Shown: in pieces, positions 46,813 to 57,202 of the stretch
Layout of the letters: the number at the start of each line of letters is the position of its first letter
Numbering within the stretch: the stretch's first letter is position 1
Assembly (NCBI GenBank): GCA_964462175.1
Contig: CAYWXA010000001.1
Span: 9,251-73,250, forward strand
Reading direction: 5' to 3'
Length of the DNA: 64,000 bases
DNA from: an uncultured Oscillospiraceae bacterium
GTDB taxonomy: Bacteria; Bacillota; Clostridia; Oscillospirales; Ruminococcaceae
The notes under the pieces: model-generated
Database searches by the model: none
Told to the model about the DNA's origin: nothing
What the model saw: the letters and a program-made list of their open reading frames with translations, nothing else
Program-made: the position numbers and the translations under genes

Positions 46813-48703
46813 AGTTTCCTCCGGGGCGGCGGCTTTCATTGGCCGTATGGCTGACTCTGCCCGACGGTTTTGAACGGGCGGAGGATCTTTGCTGTTGCTT
46901 TCTTAAATATTCATTATCGGGTTTAACAAGGTGTTCCTTGCCGTTGCCGATAAGGTCACGCCTGCCCGCTCGTTCCAAAATCTCGATGATGCGGCGCTGG
47001 TTCTTCGGCATAAAATACTGCAAAAGCGCACGCTGAGCCGATTTTTCTTCGGGAGTCTTTGCAACGTAAACGGGTTGCATTGTGTATGGATCAAGCCCCG
47101 TATAGAACATACAGGTGGAAATCGTTCCGGGGGTAGGATAGAAGTCCTGCACCTGCTCGGGATGGATGTTATTCTCCTTCAAAAACAGCGCAAGCTCAAT
47201 GGCGTCATCAATCGTGCTTCCGGGATGAGATGACATAAGATAAGGCACGAGATACTGCTCTTTGCCTATCTTTCCGGTAATCTCATAGAACTTCTTTTGG
47301 AAGCGTTTGTATGCTTCGATATGGGGCTTGCCCATTTTGTCAAGCACCTGCGCCGAGCAATGCTCGGGGGCAACTTTAAGCTGACCGCTGACGTGATATT
47401 TTATCAGCTCGGTCATAAATTCATCGTCTTTATCTTCAATAAGATAGTCGTATCGAATACCCGAACGGATGAACACCTTTTTGACTTTAGGAATGGCTCT
47501 GAGCTTTCTGAGTATATCAAGGTATTCCTTGTGGTCGACGTCAAGATTAGCGCAAGGCTTCGGAGCCAAGCATTTTCTACCCTTGCAAAGACCCGATTCA
47601 AGCTGTTTTTTGCAGGACGTATGTCTGAAGTTTGCGGTAGGACCGCCAACGTCGTGGATATATCCCTTGAAGTTGGGCATTTGGGTGATGAGTTCGGCTT
47701 CTTTGAGTATCGACTCCTCACTTCTGACGGAGATCTTTCTTCCCTGATGCAAAGCGATCGAACAGAAGTTGCAAAAGCCGAAGCAGCCACGGTTGTGAGT
47801 AATTGAGAACTGAACTTCCTCGATAGAGGGAACGCCGCCTTCTTTTTCATACATCGGGTGGTAAGTTCTCATATACGGAAGCGAATAAACTTCGTCAAGC
47901 TCCTCGGTCGTCAGCGCACGTGGCGGAGGGTTTTGAACCAGCATCATATTTCCGTGGCGCTGGATTATCGTTCTGCCGTAGACCTCGTCCTGCTGATCAT
48001 ATTGAATTCGGCAGGCCTTGGCGTACATTTCCTTGTTTGATGAAACCATCTCAAAAGACGGGCACTCAACGGCGCCGTAAGGCGTTTCAACCGTCGGGCA
48101 GAGATAGCAGGTACCCCGCACATCACGGATGTCCTTGATGCTTTCACCGTTATTCAAGCGGTCTGCAAGCTCGACAATGCAATTTTCGCTCATGCCGAAC
48201 ATCAAAATGTCGGCTTTGGAATCAACCAAAACGGAGGGGCGAACAGCATCGTCCCAGTAATCGTAATGAGCGAATCGGCGCAAGGAGGCTTCAAGTCCGC
48301 CGAGCATTATGGGCGTATCAGGAGTCAATCGGCGCAAAATGCTTGAATATACCGATGCGGCTCTGTCGGGTCGCTTGCCCATAACGTTGCCTGCGCTGTA
48401 AGCATCGTGCTCACGGCGGCGCTTTGCAACACTGTAATGCGCAACCATTGAGTCGATATTTCCAGCAGAAACGAGCCATGAAAGGCGGGGCGTTCCAAGC
48501 TTTAAGAACTCGGAATCACGGTGCCAATCGGGCTGTGGGATGATGCCGACGGTATAGCCGTTATGTTCCAAAACTCTCGTTATTATTGCGGCGCCGAAGC
48601 TGGGGTGATCCACGTAAGCGTCGCCGAGGATATATATAAAATCAAACTGTTCAATACCTCGCTCGATCATCTCTGCACGTGAAACAGGAATAAATCCGCT
48701 CAT
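46778..48703 (-). CDS. ygiQ: YgiQ family radical SAM protein
   Basis: N-terminus FDFIYILGDAYVDHPSFG, and the cluster motif CFGFCNFC. 641 aa with a Lys-rich tail. Confidence 0.88.
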   Translation of the reverse strand: MSGFIPVSRAEMIERGIEQFDFIYILGDAYVDHPSFGAAIITRVLEHNGYTVGIIPQPDWHRDSEFLKLGTPRLSWLVSAGNIDSMVAHYSVAKRRREHDAYSAGNVMGKRPDRAASVYSSILRRLTPDTPIMLGGLEASLRRFAHYDYWDDAVRPSVLVDSKADILMFGMSENCIVELADRLNNGESIKDIRDVRGTCYLCPTVETPYGAVECPSFEMVSSNKEMYAKACRIQYDQQDEVYGRTIIQRHGNMMLVQNPPPRALTTEELDEVYSLPYMRTYHPMYEKEGGVPSIEEVQFSITHNRGCFGFCNFCSIALHQGRKISVRSEESILKEAELITQMPNFKGYIHDVGGPTANFRHTSCKKQLESGLCKGRKCLAPKPCANLDVDHKEYLDILRKLRAIPKVKKVFIRSGIRYDYLIEDKDDEFMTELIKYHVSGQLKVAPEHCSAQVLDKMGKPHIEAYKRFQKKFYEITGKIGKEQYLVPYLMSSHPGSTIDDAIELALFLKENNIHPEQVQDFYPTPGTISTCMFYTGLDPYTMQPVYVAKTPEEKSAQRALLQYFMPKNQRRIIEILERAGRRDLIGNGKEHLVKPDNEYLRKQQQRSSARSKPSGRVSHTANESRRPGGNYGKKNSKAKKK

Positions 48704-51234
48704 ATATCCTCCTCGTCGGGCTTTTCAAGCACAGGCATAGACGCACCGCCGATTGTAGCCTTTCTTTCCATCCACTGCTCACGGGTGATCTTGATCTCTC
48801 TCGGTTTAGCGCCGTCAGCAGGGCCTAAAATGCCCATCTCCTCAAGCTCGTCAACGATTCTTGCGGCTCTTGCATATCCAAGCTTGAGCTTTCTTTGCAG
48901 GAAGGAGGTCGAAGCCTGCTGATTCATAACGATAACTTCGATCGCACGGTTGATCATTGATTCTTCGCCGTTTGATTCGCTTGCTTCCTCAGCGGCAGCG
49001 GCGGCCTTATCAGCCTTGGTTACGGGAATATGCTTCTCGATCTCATTGGCGATATCATCGTCGTAATGTGAAGATTCCTGCGCCTTGAGATAATCGACAA
49101 CACGTCTGATCTCCTCAGTCGTGACGTAACCGCCCTGAACTCTCATGGGCTTGTCAAAGCCTGCGCACTTGATGAGCAGGTCGCCGTGACCCAAAAGCTT
49201 TTCAGCGCCGACTGTGCCCAAAATTACGCCTGAGTCGATCTGGCTGGAAACCTTGAGGGCAATACGGGAGTCGATGTTGGACTTGATAAGTCCCGTGATA
49301 ACTTCAACACGGGGGCTCTGGGTCGCAATTACAAGGTGCATACCTGCCGCACGGGCAAGCTGTGCCAAACGGCAGATGGAGTCTTCAACTTCCTTGGGTG
49401 CCGCCATCATAAGGTCGGCAAGCTCGTCCACAACGATGACTATCTGAGGCAAGGGAGAAAGGTTTTCCTTATCCTTGACAAATTCGTTATATTCTTTAAG
49501 GTCACGCACGCCGTTGTTTGCAAACGTATTGTAGCGGCGCATCATTTCGGTCACTGCCCAGCCCAAAGCACCTGCCGCCTTCTTGGCTTCGGTCACAACG
49601 GGAATGAGCAAGTGAGGAATTCCGTTATAGATCGGGAACTCGACCTGCTTGGGGTCGACGAGAATGAGCTTGACTTCATCGGGAGATGCGTTAAAGAGAA
49701 TACTCATAATGATCGAGTTGGTAAGAACAGATTTACCGGAGCCTGTAGTACCTGCAATGAGCAAGTGGGGCATTTTTGCAATATCAACGGTGATGATTCT
49801 GCCTTCGATGCTCTTGCCGACGGGGAAAGCGATCTTGCTCTTCATTGAGCGGAACTCGTTACTGTCAATAAGCTCTCTGATGCAGACGATATCGCGGTTT
49901 TTGTTTGCAAGCTCGATGCCGACGGCAGCCTTGCCGGGAATGGGCGCTTCGATTCGCACGCCGTTTGCAGCGAGGTTAAGGGCGATATCATCGACAAGAC
50001 CCGTGATCTTGCTGACCTTGACACCTGCGGCGGGCTGAAGCTCATATCTGGTTACGGAAGGTCCTCGGTGGATCTCAACGATTCTGGTGGATACGCCAAA
50101 GCTTCTTAACGTTTCAACGAGCGTTTCGGAGTTCTGCTGGATCTCCTGCTGGCACTCTTCTTCGGTCAGCGATCTTAACGGCATATTCAAAAGCTCGATC
50201 GAAGGCTTGATATATGCCGACTTGGTAACGTCATCATTTTCAAGAAGAGTCGTCTGACCGTCTTCATCGACGAAAATGGGATTGACGGTGTCAGAATCAA
50301 TCTGGGATTCATTCTTGGGTTCGTCATCGGGGATAAAGTCGGCGGGAGTGAGGTTACGCTTGGACTTTTTCTTGACCTTGACTTCCTTGGCAGGCTGTTC
50401 TTCCTTTGTGGGTTCGGTCATAATCGGCGAGAAGAAAGGCTGTTCATTTGCAGAGCCGGAAGTTTTATCGTCGGTGATAAACTTAGCAATGTCGATGCGC
50501 TTTTCATCGGTCTTTTTCTTATCTTCGGAAGCAGCCTTTTCATCCGCTGAATGAGCCGCCTCACGGGCAAGAGCTTCTTCTGCACGTTCACGGTCATTTT
50601 CTCTGATAGTTTCACGAAGCTTTGAAATGCCTTTCGCAATGAAATGCCAGACGTCGATAAACGTGATATTCGTCAAAAGCATAATAAACAGAATTATAAG
50701 CAAAATTATGATAATAAGAGCACAGACAGAGCCGCAGAGTTTTGTAAGCGTCCAGCCGATTATCACGCTCAATGCGCCGCCGCCCTGCATATTTATACCG
50801 TTGTTATAAAGGTAAGTAATAACGTCGGTGACGTTTGCGCCGTCATAAACGGGGCTGTCGGTAATGAAGCAATGAATTATCTCAAAAGCAGGGCTGACAA
50901 GAAGCAAAAGAATGGCTCCCTGAATTATCTTGGTAATTACTGCACTCTTTGATCTGTCAAGCGCCATCATAATTGCAACGTAAATGATAACTGGCGCAAA
51001 CAAGACGGCTGAAATGCCGAAAAGACCCCAAAGAATGTTGTGCAGGAAGGTCCATGCAGATTGACCTTTTATGTAGGTGAGAAAAACGGTGAAAATGCCT
51101 ATCACGAACAAAATGGTCGACCACATTCTCGTTTTATTGATTCTTTGAGCTTCTGAAATCTGCTTCTGCTGTTTTTTCTCGGCAGCAGTAGTCTTTTTCG
51201 ATTTGCCGCTTGCAGCAGTTTTCTTTGTTGCCAT
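48700..51234 (-). CDS. ftsK: DNA translocase FtsK/SpoIIIE
   Basis: N-terminal TM domain, linker, motor domain (GTTGSGKS, VVDELADLM), gamma wHTH. ATG 51234 is preferred. Confidence 0.93.
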   Translation of the reverse strand: MATKKTAASGKSKKTTAAEKKQQKQISEAQRINKTRMWSTILFVIGIFTVFLTYIKGQSAWTFLHNILWGLFGISAVLFAPVIIYVAIMMALDRSKSAVITKIIQGAILLLLVSPAFEIIHCFITDSPVYDGANVTDVITYLYNNGINMQGGGALSVIIGWTLTKLCGSVCALIIIILLIILFIMLLTNITFIDVWHFIAKGISKLRETIRENDRERAEEALAREAAHSADEKAASEDKKKTDEKRIDIAKFITDDKTSGSANEQPFFSPIMTEPTKEEQPAKEVKVKKKSKRNLTPADFIPDDEPKNESQIDSDTVNPIFVDEDGQTTLLENDDVTKSAYIKPSIELLNMPLRSLTEEECQQEIQQNSETLVETLRSFGVSTRIVEIHRGPSVTRYELQPAAGVKVSKITGLVDDIALNLAANGVRIEAPIPGKAAVGIELANKNRDIVCIRELIDSNEFRSMKSKIAFPVGKSIEGRIITVDIAKMPHLLIAGTTGSGKSVLTNSIIMSILFNASPDEVKLILVDPKQVEFPIYNGIPHLLIPVVTEAKKAAGALGWAVTEMMRRYNTFANNGVRDLKEYNEFVKDKENLSPLPQIVIVVDELADLMMAAPKEVEDSICRLAQLARAAGMHLVIATQSPRVEVITGLIKSNIDSRIALKVSSQIDSGVILGTVGAEKLLGHGDLLIKCAGFDKPMRVQGGYVTTEEIRRVVDYLKAQESSHYDDDIANEIEKHIPVTKADKAAAAAEEASESNGEESMINRAIEVIVMNQQASTSFLQRKLKLGYARAARIVDELEEMGILGPADGAKPREIKITREQWMERKATIGGASMPVLEKPDEEDI

Positions 51235-51283
51235 TAAAGTCAATCCTTTCAAATGCCTGTATTTTCAAATTCCCTGTAGTTTA

Positions 51284-52141
51284 TTAAATGGAGATCGGAT
51301 GTCCGATGATCATTTCGATAATTGAAATGATTATTACCACAACGCCCAAAATTCCCGTGTAAATGGAAAACACCTTGAAGCGGTCGGTCTTCATCAACCA
51401 TTGAACAAGCTTAATTGCGGCAAAGCCGACAACGGCGGAAACCAGGAAGCCGACGATGCACTGTCCCACTCCGACGCTGACACCTTCGGATATGCCGTCT
51501 TTGACCTCGACAAGACATCCCGCCAAAATCGTGGGTATTCCCAAAATAAAGGAATAACTGACGGCTTCGCTTCTTTTGAGACCGCAGAAAAGACCTGCGG
51601 ATATCGTTGAGCCGGAACGGGAAACGCCCGGCAAAAGAGCGACCGACTGGAAGAATCCAATGGTTACGGCGTCTTTTGTTTTAACATCAGTTGCTTCACG
51701 GTCGCCGCCGCTGCGGTCAGCCATAAATAAAATTGCGGCGGTATATAAGAAGCAAAGACCTTCTGCCAATATGCTTGCGTCCTCGCTGAAGAACTCGAAG
51801 AAGTCCTTGAATATGTAAAACGGGATGAGCACGGCTGTTGAGATTATGAACATAAACAAGAGCCTGCGTGTCGGTTCCATATTTTTAAACGTGAACCGTC
51901 CCGTGAAAACGTCTTTAATTAACTGCAGCGCCTCCATTAGCAACGCAAATATCTGCATTCTGAACACCACCAGAACCGCAATCAGGGTGCCGAGGTGCAA
52001 GATCGCCGAAAACATCAGCGCCCCCTCACCGCTGTTGCCGGTGAAGTGCTGATATAGAGAAAGATGTCCCGATGATGACACGGGCAAAAATTCGGTGAGA
52101 CCTTGAATTATTGCCTGAATTATTGCTGAAATATATGACAT
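51284..52141 (-). CDS. uppP: undecaprenyl-diphosphate phosphatase
   Basis: EFLPVSSSGHL and PGVSRSGSTI motifs. Polytopic membrane protein. Confidence 0.93.
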   Translation of the reverse strand: MSYISAIIQAIIQGLTEFLPVSSSGHLSLYQHFTGNSGEGALMFSAILHLGTLIAVLVVFRMQIFALLMEALQLIKDVFTGRFTFKNMEPTRRLLFMFIISTAVLIPFYIFKDFFEFFSEDASILAEGLCFLYTAAILFMADRSGGDREATDVKTKDAVTIGFFQSVALLPGVSRSGSTISAGLFCGLKRSEAVSYSFILGIPTILAGCLVEVKDGISEGVSVGVGQCIVGFLVSAVVGFAAIKLVQWLMKTDRFKVFSIYTGILGVVVIIISIIEMIIGHPISI

Positions 52142-52153
52142 TTTTATCCTCCG

Positions 52154-52345
52154 TCAGTAACGTTTCCCCGGCTGATAGCGTTTGTCAAGATACATCGCCG
52201 GGTTGGTTGAAAATAGGTTCGTTATTTGTTTATTCTTGTTTAGGCTGATATATTCAATTTGCTTGCCCGAAAGGTCAACCATTTCGTTAGGGGTGTAATC
52301 CTCAAAAAATATATCAAACTCGCTGAGCACTGTATATAACATCAC
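52154..52345 (-). CDS. YlzJ-like family protein
   Basis: 63 aa, [16 protein letters not shown]... Conserved position directly after the TepA-like gene (4-nt overlap). Confidence 0.6.
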   Translation of the reverse strand: MMLYTVLSEFDIFFEDYTPNEMVDLSGKQIEYISLNKNKQITNLFSTNPAMYLDKRYQPGKRY

Positions 52346-53043
52346 TGCACCTTTGCTTTCTTTGAAGGCTCGCTTTCAATCATTTCATATAGGCAAGCTA
52401 TGGCATCCTGCAATCCGCCGACAGCGTCGATAATGCCTTCTTTAACGGCGTCCTCCCCCGTCAAAACGGTTCCCACATCCATTACAAGCTCGCCCGTTTT
52501 CATCATCAGCTCTTCAAAGCGGCTTGACGATATATTTGAATTGTCACAGACGAAGCGCACGATGCGCTCCTGCATCTTTTCAAAATAGGAAAGTGTCTGA
52601 GGTACACCCAAAACGAGCCCTGTCATCCGCACGGGATGAACGGTCATAGTAGCGCTTTTGACGATGAATGATTTCTTTGCGCTTACTGCAAGGGGCACGC
52701 CGATCGAATGACCTCCGCCGACGACAAGGGAAACTGTCGGGGTGTGCATCGATGAAATGAGTTCGGCAAGGGCAAGCCCTGCTTCGACGTCTCCGCCGAC
52801 CGTGTTGATGATTATAATCAGCCCTTCAATGGACATATCCTGCTCAATTGCAACGAGCGCAGGCATAATGTGCTCATATTTGGTGGTCTTGTTCTGAGGC
52901 GGCAGAATGTAATGCCCCTCGATCTGTCCGATGATGCTCAGGCAATGGATGCAATGCTTGGAATTTTTGATCTCCACGTCACGGAATTTTTCCAGCTCAT
53001 CCGACTGCTCCTGTACTGCGTTTTCAACTGTTTCTTCCTGCAT
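52342..53043 (-). CDS. ClpP-family protease-like protein (TepA/YmfB type)
   Basis: ClpP/crotonase fold pattern ([16 protein letters not shown].., [15 protein letters not shown]). Confidence 0.8.
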   Translation of the reverse strand: MQEETVENAVQEQSDELEKFRDVEIKNSKHCIHCLSIIGQIEGHYILPPQNKTTKYEHIMPALVAIEQDMSIEGLIIIINTVGGDVEAGLALAELISSMHTPTVSLVVGGGHSIGVPLAVSAKKSFIVKSATMTVHPVRMTGLVLGVPQTLSYFEKMQERIVRFVCDNSNISSSRFEELMMKTGELVMDVGTVLTGEDAVKEGIIDAVGGLQDAIACLYEMIESEPSKKAKVQ

Positions 53044-53150
53044 ATATCCTCCAAGGTTTTTGAAGTATTATCTGCCGTTGAAAACAAGATATACACGCAA
53101 AAATGAAGGAACATATTCAGAACGTTAAAAAAATGCAAACAGTTATAGAT

Positions 53151-53179
53151 ATTATATACCCGTAACGGCGCTTAGTCAA
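53151..53179 (-). promoter_or_regulatory. consensus sigma-A promoter for tepA-ylzJ
   Basis: Minus strand: TTGACT, 17-nt spacer, TATAAT. Confidence 0.6.
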
Positions 53180-53275
53180 GGACGGAGACCGTTCAAAAAT
53201 CAAAAAATGCAGGATTTCATTCAAAAAGTTTTAAAAATTTTAACGCATTATATCGCAAAAGTGATCGTCAAATAC

Positions 53276-53304
53276 TTGACAATAACGCAAATATAAACTA
53301 CTAT
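53276..53304 (+). promoter_or_regulatory. sigma-A promoter for aconitase-icd-rex
   Basis: TTGACA (53276-81), 17-nt spacer, TACTAT (53299-304). Confidence 0.55.
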
Positions 53305-53347
53305 ATATAGTATTGATAATTGTGTAATCCGAAGGGAGTTATAATTT

Positions 53348-55279
53348 ATGGGACTTACACTTGCAGAAAAGATCCTCAAAGCGCATTGCGTTGACGGGGA
53401 ATTTGTTAAAGGAAAAGAAATTGGCATTAAGATAGATCAGACCCTTACTCAGGATGCCACGGGAACTATGGCATATCTTGAATATGAAGCTATGGGCGTT
53501 CCGAGAGTGCAGACTGAAAAGAGCGTTGCGTATATCGACCACAATACTTTGCAGTCGGGCTTTGAAAATGCAGACGACCACCGTTTCATCGGCTCGGTTG
53601 CGAAAAAGCACGGCATCTTCTTCTCCCGTCCCGGCAACGGTATCTGCCATCAGGTACACCTTGAGCGCTTCGGTAAACCGGGCAAGACACTTATCGGTTC
53701 CGACTCGCACACACCCACAGGCGGCGGCCTGGGAATGATCGCAATCGGTGCAGGCGGCCTTGACGTTGCAGTTGCAATGGGCGGCGGTACATATTACATC
53801 ACGTATCCCAAGATCGTTAAGGTCGAGCTTTTGGGCAAGCTCTCCCCTTGGGTCTCCGCTAAGGACGTTATCCTTGAAGTTCTGCGAAGAATGAGCGTTA
53901 AGGGCGGCGTCGGAAAGATCATTGAATACACAGGCGAGGGCGTTAAGACACTTTCCGTTCCCGAAAGAGCTACCATTACGAATATGGGTGCGGAGCTTGG
54001 CGCAACGACAAGTATCTTCCCCTCGGATGAGAATACACTTTCATTCCTTACGGCGCAGTCGAGAGCCGAGGATTGGGTTCCCCTTTGTGCCGATGAAGAC
54101 GCCGTTTATGACGAGGAGCTCGTAATCGACCTTTGCACACTTGAGCCTTTGGTTGCTTGCCCTCATTCTCCAGACAATGTTAAAACTGTTAGAGAGCTTG
54201 CAGGAATGAAGATCGACCAGGTTTGCATCGGTTCATGCACCAACTCTTCCCTTTTGGATATGACGAAGGTTGCATACATCCTTAAAGGCAAGACCGTTCA
54301 CCCCGACGTTTCCCTTTCAATTGCTCCCGGCTCGAAGCAGGTGTTGAATATGCTTGCAGCAAACGGCGGACTTTCGGATATTATTGACGCAGGCGCAAGA
54401 ATTTTGGAATCTGCCTGCGGACCTTGCATCGGTATGGGACAGTCGCCCAACTCTGCAGGTATCTCACTCAGAACGTTTAACCGCAACTTTGAAGGAAGAT
54501 CAGGCACTAAGGACGGACAGATCTATCTTTTGTCGCCCGAAACTGCGGCGGCATCTGCGGTTACAGGCGTTTTGACCGACCCGAGAACTTTGGGAGATAT
54601 GCCCGAGTTTAAGCTTCCCGAGCTGTTCACCATTAACGACAATATGGTTGCATCTCCTATCGAAGCTGAAAATATGGACAGCGTTGAGATTTTAAGAGGC
54701 CCCAACATCAAGCCCTTCCCCGAAACAAGCGAGCTTGATAGCGAGCTTGACGTTCCCTGCTCCCTCAAGGTTGGAGATAACATTACGACCGACCACATTA
54801 TGCCGGCAGGCGCAAAGATCTTGCCCTTGCGTTCTAACATTCCTGCAATCTCCAACTACTGCTTTACGGTTTGCGATGAAAAGTTCCCCGAAAGAGCGAA
54901 GGCTATGGGCAAGAGCATAATCGTCGGCGGCGAGAACTATGGACAAGGCTCGTCCCGTGAACACGCAGCGCTTGCACCTTTGTACCTTGGCATTAAGGCA
55001 GTTTTGGTTAAGAGCTTTGCAAGAATTCACAGAGCTAACCTCATTAACGCAGGTATCCTGCCCCTTACGTTTGCAGATCCCGCAGATTACGATAAGATCA
55101 ACGAGGGCGACGAGCTTTATATTGCAGATCTTCGCAAGACCGTTGAAAACGGCGGCGACGTTAATATCATAAACAAGACAAACGGCTGTAAGATCACCGC
55201 AGTTTGCGAGCTTACCGCAAGAAATAAGGACATTATTCTTGCAGGCGGACTTCTCAATTACACTAAAAATCAGCTTTGA
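53348..55279 (+). CDS. aconitate hydratase (about 640-aa type)
   Basis: IDQTLTQDATGTM, GSDSHTPTGGG, CGPCIGMG cluster ligand motifs, and a swivel domain with GENYGQGSSREHAA. Confidence 0.9.
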   Translation: MGLTLAEKILKAHCVDGEFVKGKEIGIKIDQTLTQDATGTMAYLEYEAMGVPRVQTEKSVAYIDHNTLQSGFENADDHRFIGSVAKKHGIFFSRPGNGICHQVHLERFGKPGKTLIGSDSHTPTGGGLGMIAIGAGGLDVAVAMGGGTYYITYPKIVKVELLGKLSPWVSAKDVILEVLRRMSVKGGVGKIIEYTGEGVKTLSVPERATITNMGAELGATTSIFPSDENTLSFLTAQSRAEDWVPLCADEDAVYDEELVIDLCTLEPLVACPHSPDNVKTVRELAGMKIDQVCIGSCTNSSLLDMTKVAYILKGKTVHPDVSLSIAPGSKQVLNMLAANGGLSDIIDAGARILESACGPCIGMGQSPNSAGISLRTFNRNFEGRSGTKDGQIYLLSPETAAASAVTGVLTDPRTLGDMPEFKLPELFTINDNMVASPIEAENMDSVEILRGPNIKPFPETSELDSELDVPCSLKVGDNITTDHIMPAGAKILPLRSNIPAISNYCFTVCDEKFPERAKAMGKSIIVGGENYGQGSSREHAALAPLYLGIKAVLVKSFARIHRANLINAGILPLTFADPADYDKINEGDELYIADLRKTVENGGDVNIINKTNGCKITAVCELTARNKDIILAGGLLNYTKNQL

Positions 55280-55294
55280 TCGGAGGACACGAAA

Positions 55295-56512
55295 ATGCTT
55301 AACAGAATTCAGATGAAAACACCGCTCGTCGAAATGGACGGCGACGAGATGACAAGAGTATTGTGGCAGATGATCAAAGACAAGCTGATCCTGCCCTACG
55401 TTGACCTGAAGTCGGAATATTACGATCTGGGTCTTGAATATCGCAACGAGACCAACGACCGGGTCACGATTGACTCGGCAGAGGCGACAAAGAAGTATGG
55501 CGTTGCTGTAAAGTGTGCGACCATTACACCTAATGCCGCAAGAATGACCGAATATAACCTCAAGGAAATGTGGAAGTCCCCTAACGGCACCATCAGAGCT
55601 ATCCTCGACGGCACCGTTTTCCGCACACCCATCATCGTTAAGGGCATTACACCGTTCATTCCCACTTGGACGAAGCCCATCACTATCGCCCGTCACGCTT
55701 ACGGCGATATTTACAAGAACACCGAGATGAGAGTGCCCCAGGGATGTAAAGCTGAATTACTTGTCACGGATGATAACGGAAATGAATCAAGAGCTTTCAT
55801 TCACGACTTCACAAATTCCGACGGTATCATTCAGGGCGTTCACAATACGGATAGATCCATTGAAAGCTTTGCAAGAAGCTGCTTAAATTATGCTTTGGAC
55901 GTTAAGATGGACATCTGGTTTGCATCGAAGGATACGATCTCAAAGACGTATGACCACAGATTTAAGGATATCTTTGCTGAGGTCTATGAAAACGAGTTTA
56001 AGGAGAAGTTTGAAGCCGCAGGCATTGAATACTTCTATACTCTCATTGACGACGTCGTTGCAAGAATCGTAAGATCCAACGGCGGAATCATCTGGGCTTG
56101 CAAGAACTATGACGGCGACGTTATGTCGGATATGGTTGCAACTGCTTACGGAAGCCTGGGACTTATGACATCTGTATTGGTTTCTCCCGACGGCGTTTAT
56201 GAATATGAAGCGGCGCACGGAACCGTTCAGCGCCATTATTACAAGTGGCTCAAGGGCGAAAAGACCTCGACCAACCCCGTTGCAACTATTTTTGCGTGGA
56301 CGGGAGCATTCAGAAAGCGTGGCGAGCTGGACGGTATTCCCGAGCTGATGAGCTATGCAGATGCACTTGAAAAGGCAACTTTAGGCACCATTGAGGACGG
56401 CGTTATGACGGGCGACCTCACTTCCCTTTCAACTCTTGAAAACAAGAGAACCGTTGACAGCGAAACGTTCCTTGACGAGATTGCAAAAAGGCTTGAATCT
56501 TTAATGAATTAA
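55295..56512 (+). CDS. icd: NADP-dependent isocitrate dehydrogenase (homodimeric IDH1-like type)
   Basis: [30 protein letters not shown] motifs. GGAGGA lies 7 nt upstream. Confidence 0.92.
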   Translation: MLNRIQMKTPLVEMDGDEMTRVLWQMIKDKLILPYVDLKSEYYDLGLEYRNETNDRVTIDSAEATKKYGVAVKCATITPNAARMTEYNLKEMWKSPNGTIRAILDGTVFRTPIIVKGITPFIPTWTKPITIARHAYGDIYKNTEMRVPQGCKAELLVTDDNGNESRAFIHDFTNSDGIIQGVHNTDRSIESFARSCLNYALDVKMDIWFASKDTISKTYDHRFKDIFAEVYENEFKEKFEAAGIEYFYTLIDDVVARIVRSNGGIIWACKNYDGDVMSDMVATAYGSLGLMTSVLVSPDGVYEYEAAHGTVQRHYYKWLKGEKTSTNPVATIFAWTGAFRKRGELDGIPELMSYADALEKATLGTIEDGVMTGDLTSLSTLENKRTVDSETFLDEIAKRLESLMN

Positions 56513-56524
56513 GAAGGTAAGTAA

Positions 56525-57157
56525 ATGAATACAATTTCAAGTTCAGTTATTAAGCGGCTTCCGAGGTATTACAGACTTTTGGGAGAGCTGATGAAGAAAG
56601 GCGTTGTAAAGATCTCCTCACGACAGCTTGCCGATTATCTCGGTTCGACTGCTTCGCAGATAAGGCAAGACCTTAATTGCTTCGGCGGATTCGGTCAGCA
56701 GGGATACGGTTATAACGTAGCGTCGCTCAGAGAAAAGATAGGCGAAATATTGGGTGTCGGAAACTCTGTTCCTACGATACTCATCGGTGTCGGCAACCTG
56801 GGCAAGGCAATTGCTATGCACATCGGATTTGAGGCAAGGGGCTTTAATCTTTTAGCGCTGTTTGACTCTAACCCCGATCTGACGGGCGAACAGGTCGGAG
56901 ATTACGTCATTAAAAATTATGACGAGATCGACGAGTTCTGCCGTGAGAATAAGCCGAAGGTGGCGGTGCTGTGCGTACCGAAAACTGCTTCGCAGGGTAT
57001 CTGCAACAAGCTGATCGAATTAGGCGTTGAGGGATTTTGGAACTTCTCGCATTATGATCTTTCCGTTAATCACAACGGAGTCGTGGTCGAGAACGTACAT
57101 ATGGGCGATTCGCTTCTCAGGCTCGGATATAAACTGACAAACGGCACGGAAAAATAA
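56525..57157 (+). CDS. rex: redox-sensing transcriptional repressor Rex
   Basis: IKRLPRYYRLL wHTH N-terminus and the GVGNLGKA Rossmann motif. 12 nt after the icd stop. Confidence 0.92.
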   Translation: MNTISSSVIKRLPRYYRLLGELMKKGVVKISSRQLADYLGSTASQIRQDLNCFGGFGQQGYGYNVASLREKIGEILGVGNSVPTILIGVGNLGKAIAMHIGFEARGFNLLALFDSNPDLTGEQVGDYVIKNYDEIDEFCRENKPKVAVLCVPKTASQGICNKLIELGVEGFWNFSHYDLSVNHNGVVVENVHMGDSLLRLGYKLTNGTEK

Positions 57158-57164
57158 GCATGAA

Positions 57165-57200
57165 AATAACCCCCGAAGAGATTCGGGGGTTCGTTTTTTA
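57165..57200. terminator. bidirectional terminator
   Basis: AACCCCCGAA / TTCGGGGGTT stem, followed by T6. Confidence 0.85.
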
Positions 57201-57202
57201 CG

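Noticed and set aside
53044-53347. 304-nt intergenic region examined for a riboswitch, sRNA or Rex/cre operator
   Set aside because: I found only two divergent consensus-like promoters and A/T-rich imperfect palindromes (for example GTTTTAAAAATTTTAAC). Nothing matched a Rex box or cre, and no conserved-looking structured element was visible by eye.
54692-55696. 334-aa minus-strand ORF spanning the aconitase-icd junction
   Set aside because: It is antisense to two confidently identified genes. Its sequence is Cys/Val/Asn-rich with no motifs and no SD or promoter. A long open antisense frame is expected by chance at this codon bias.
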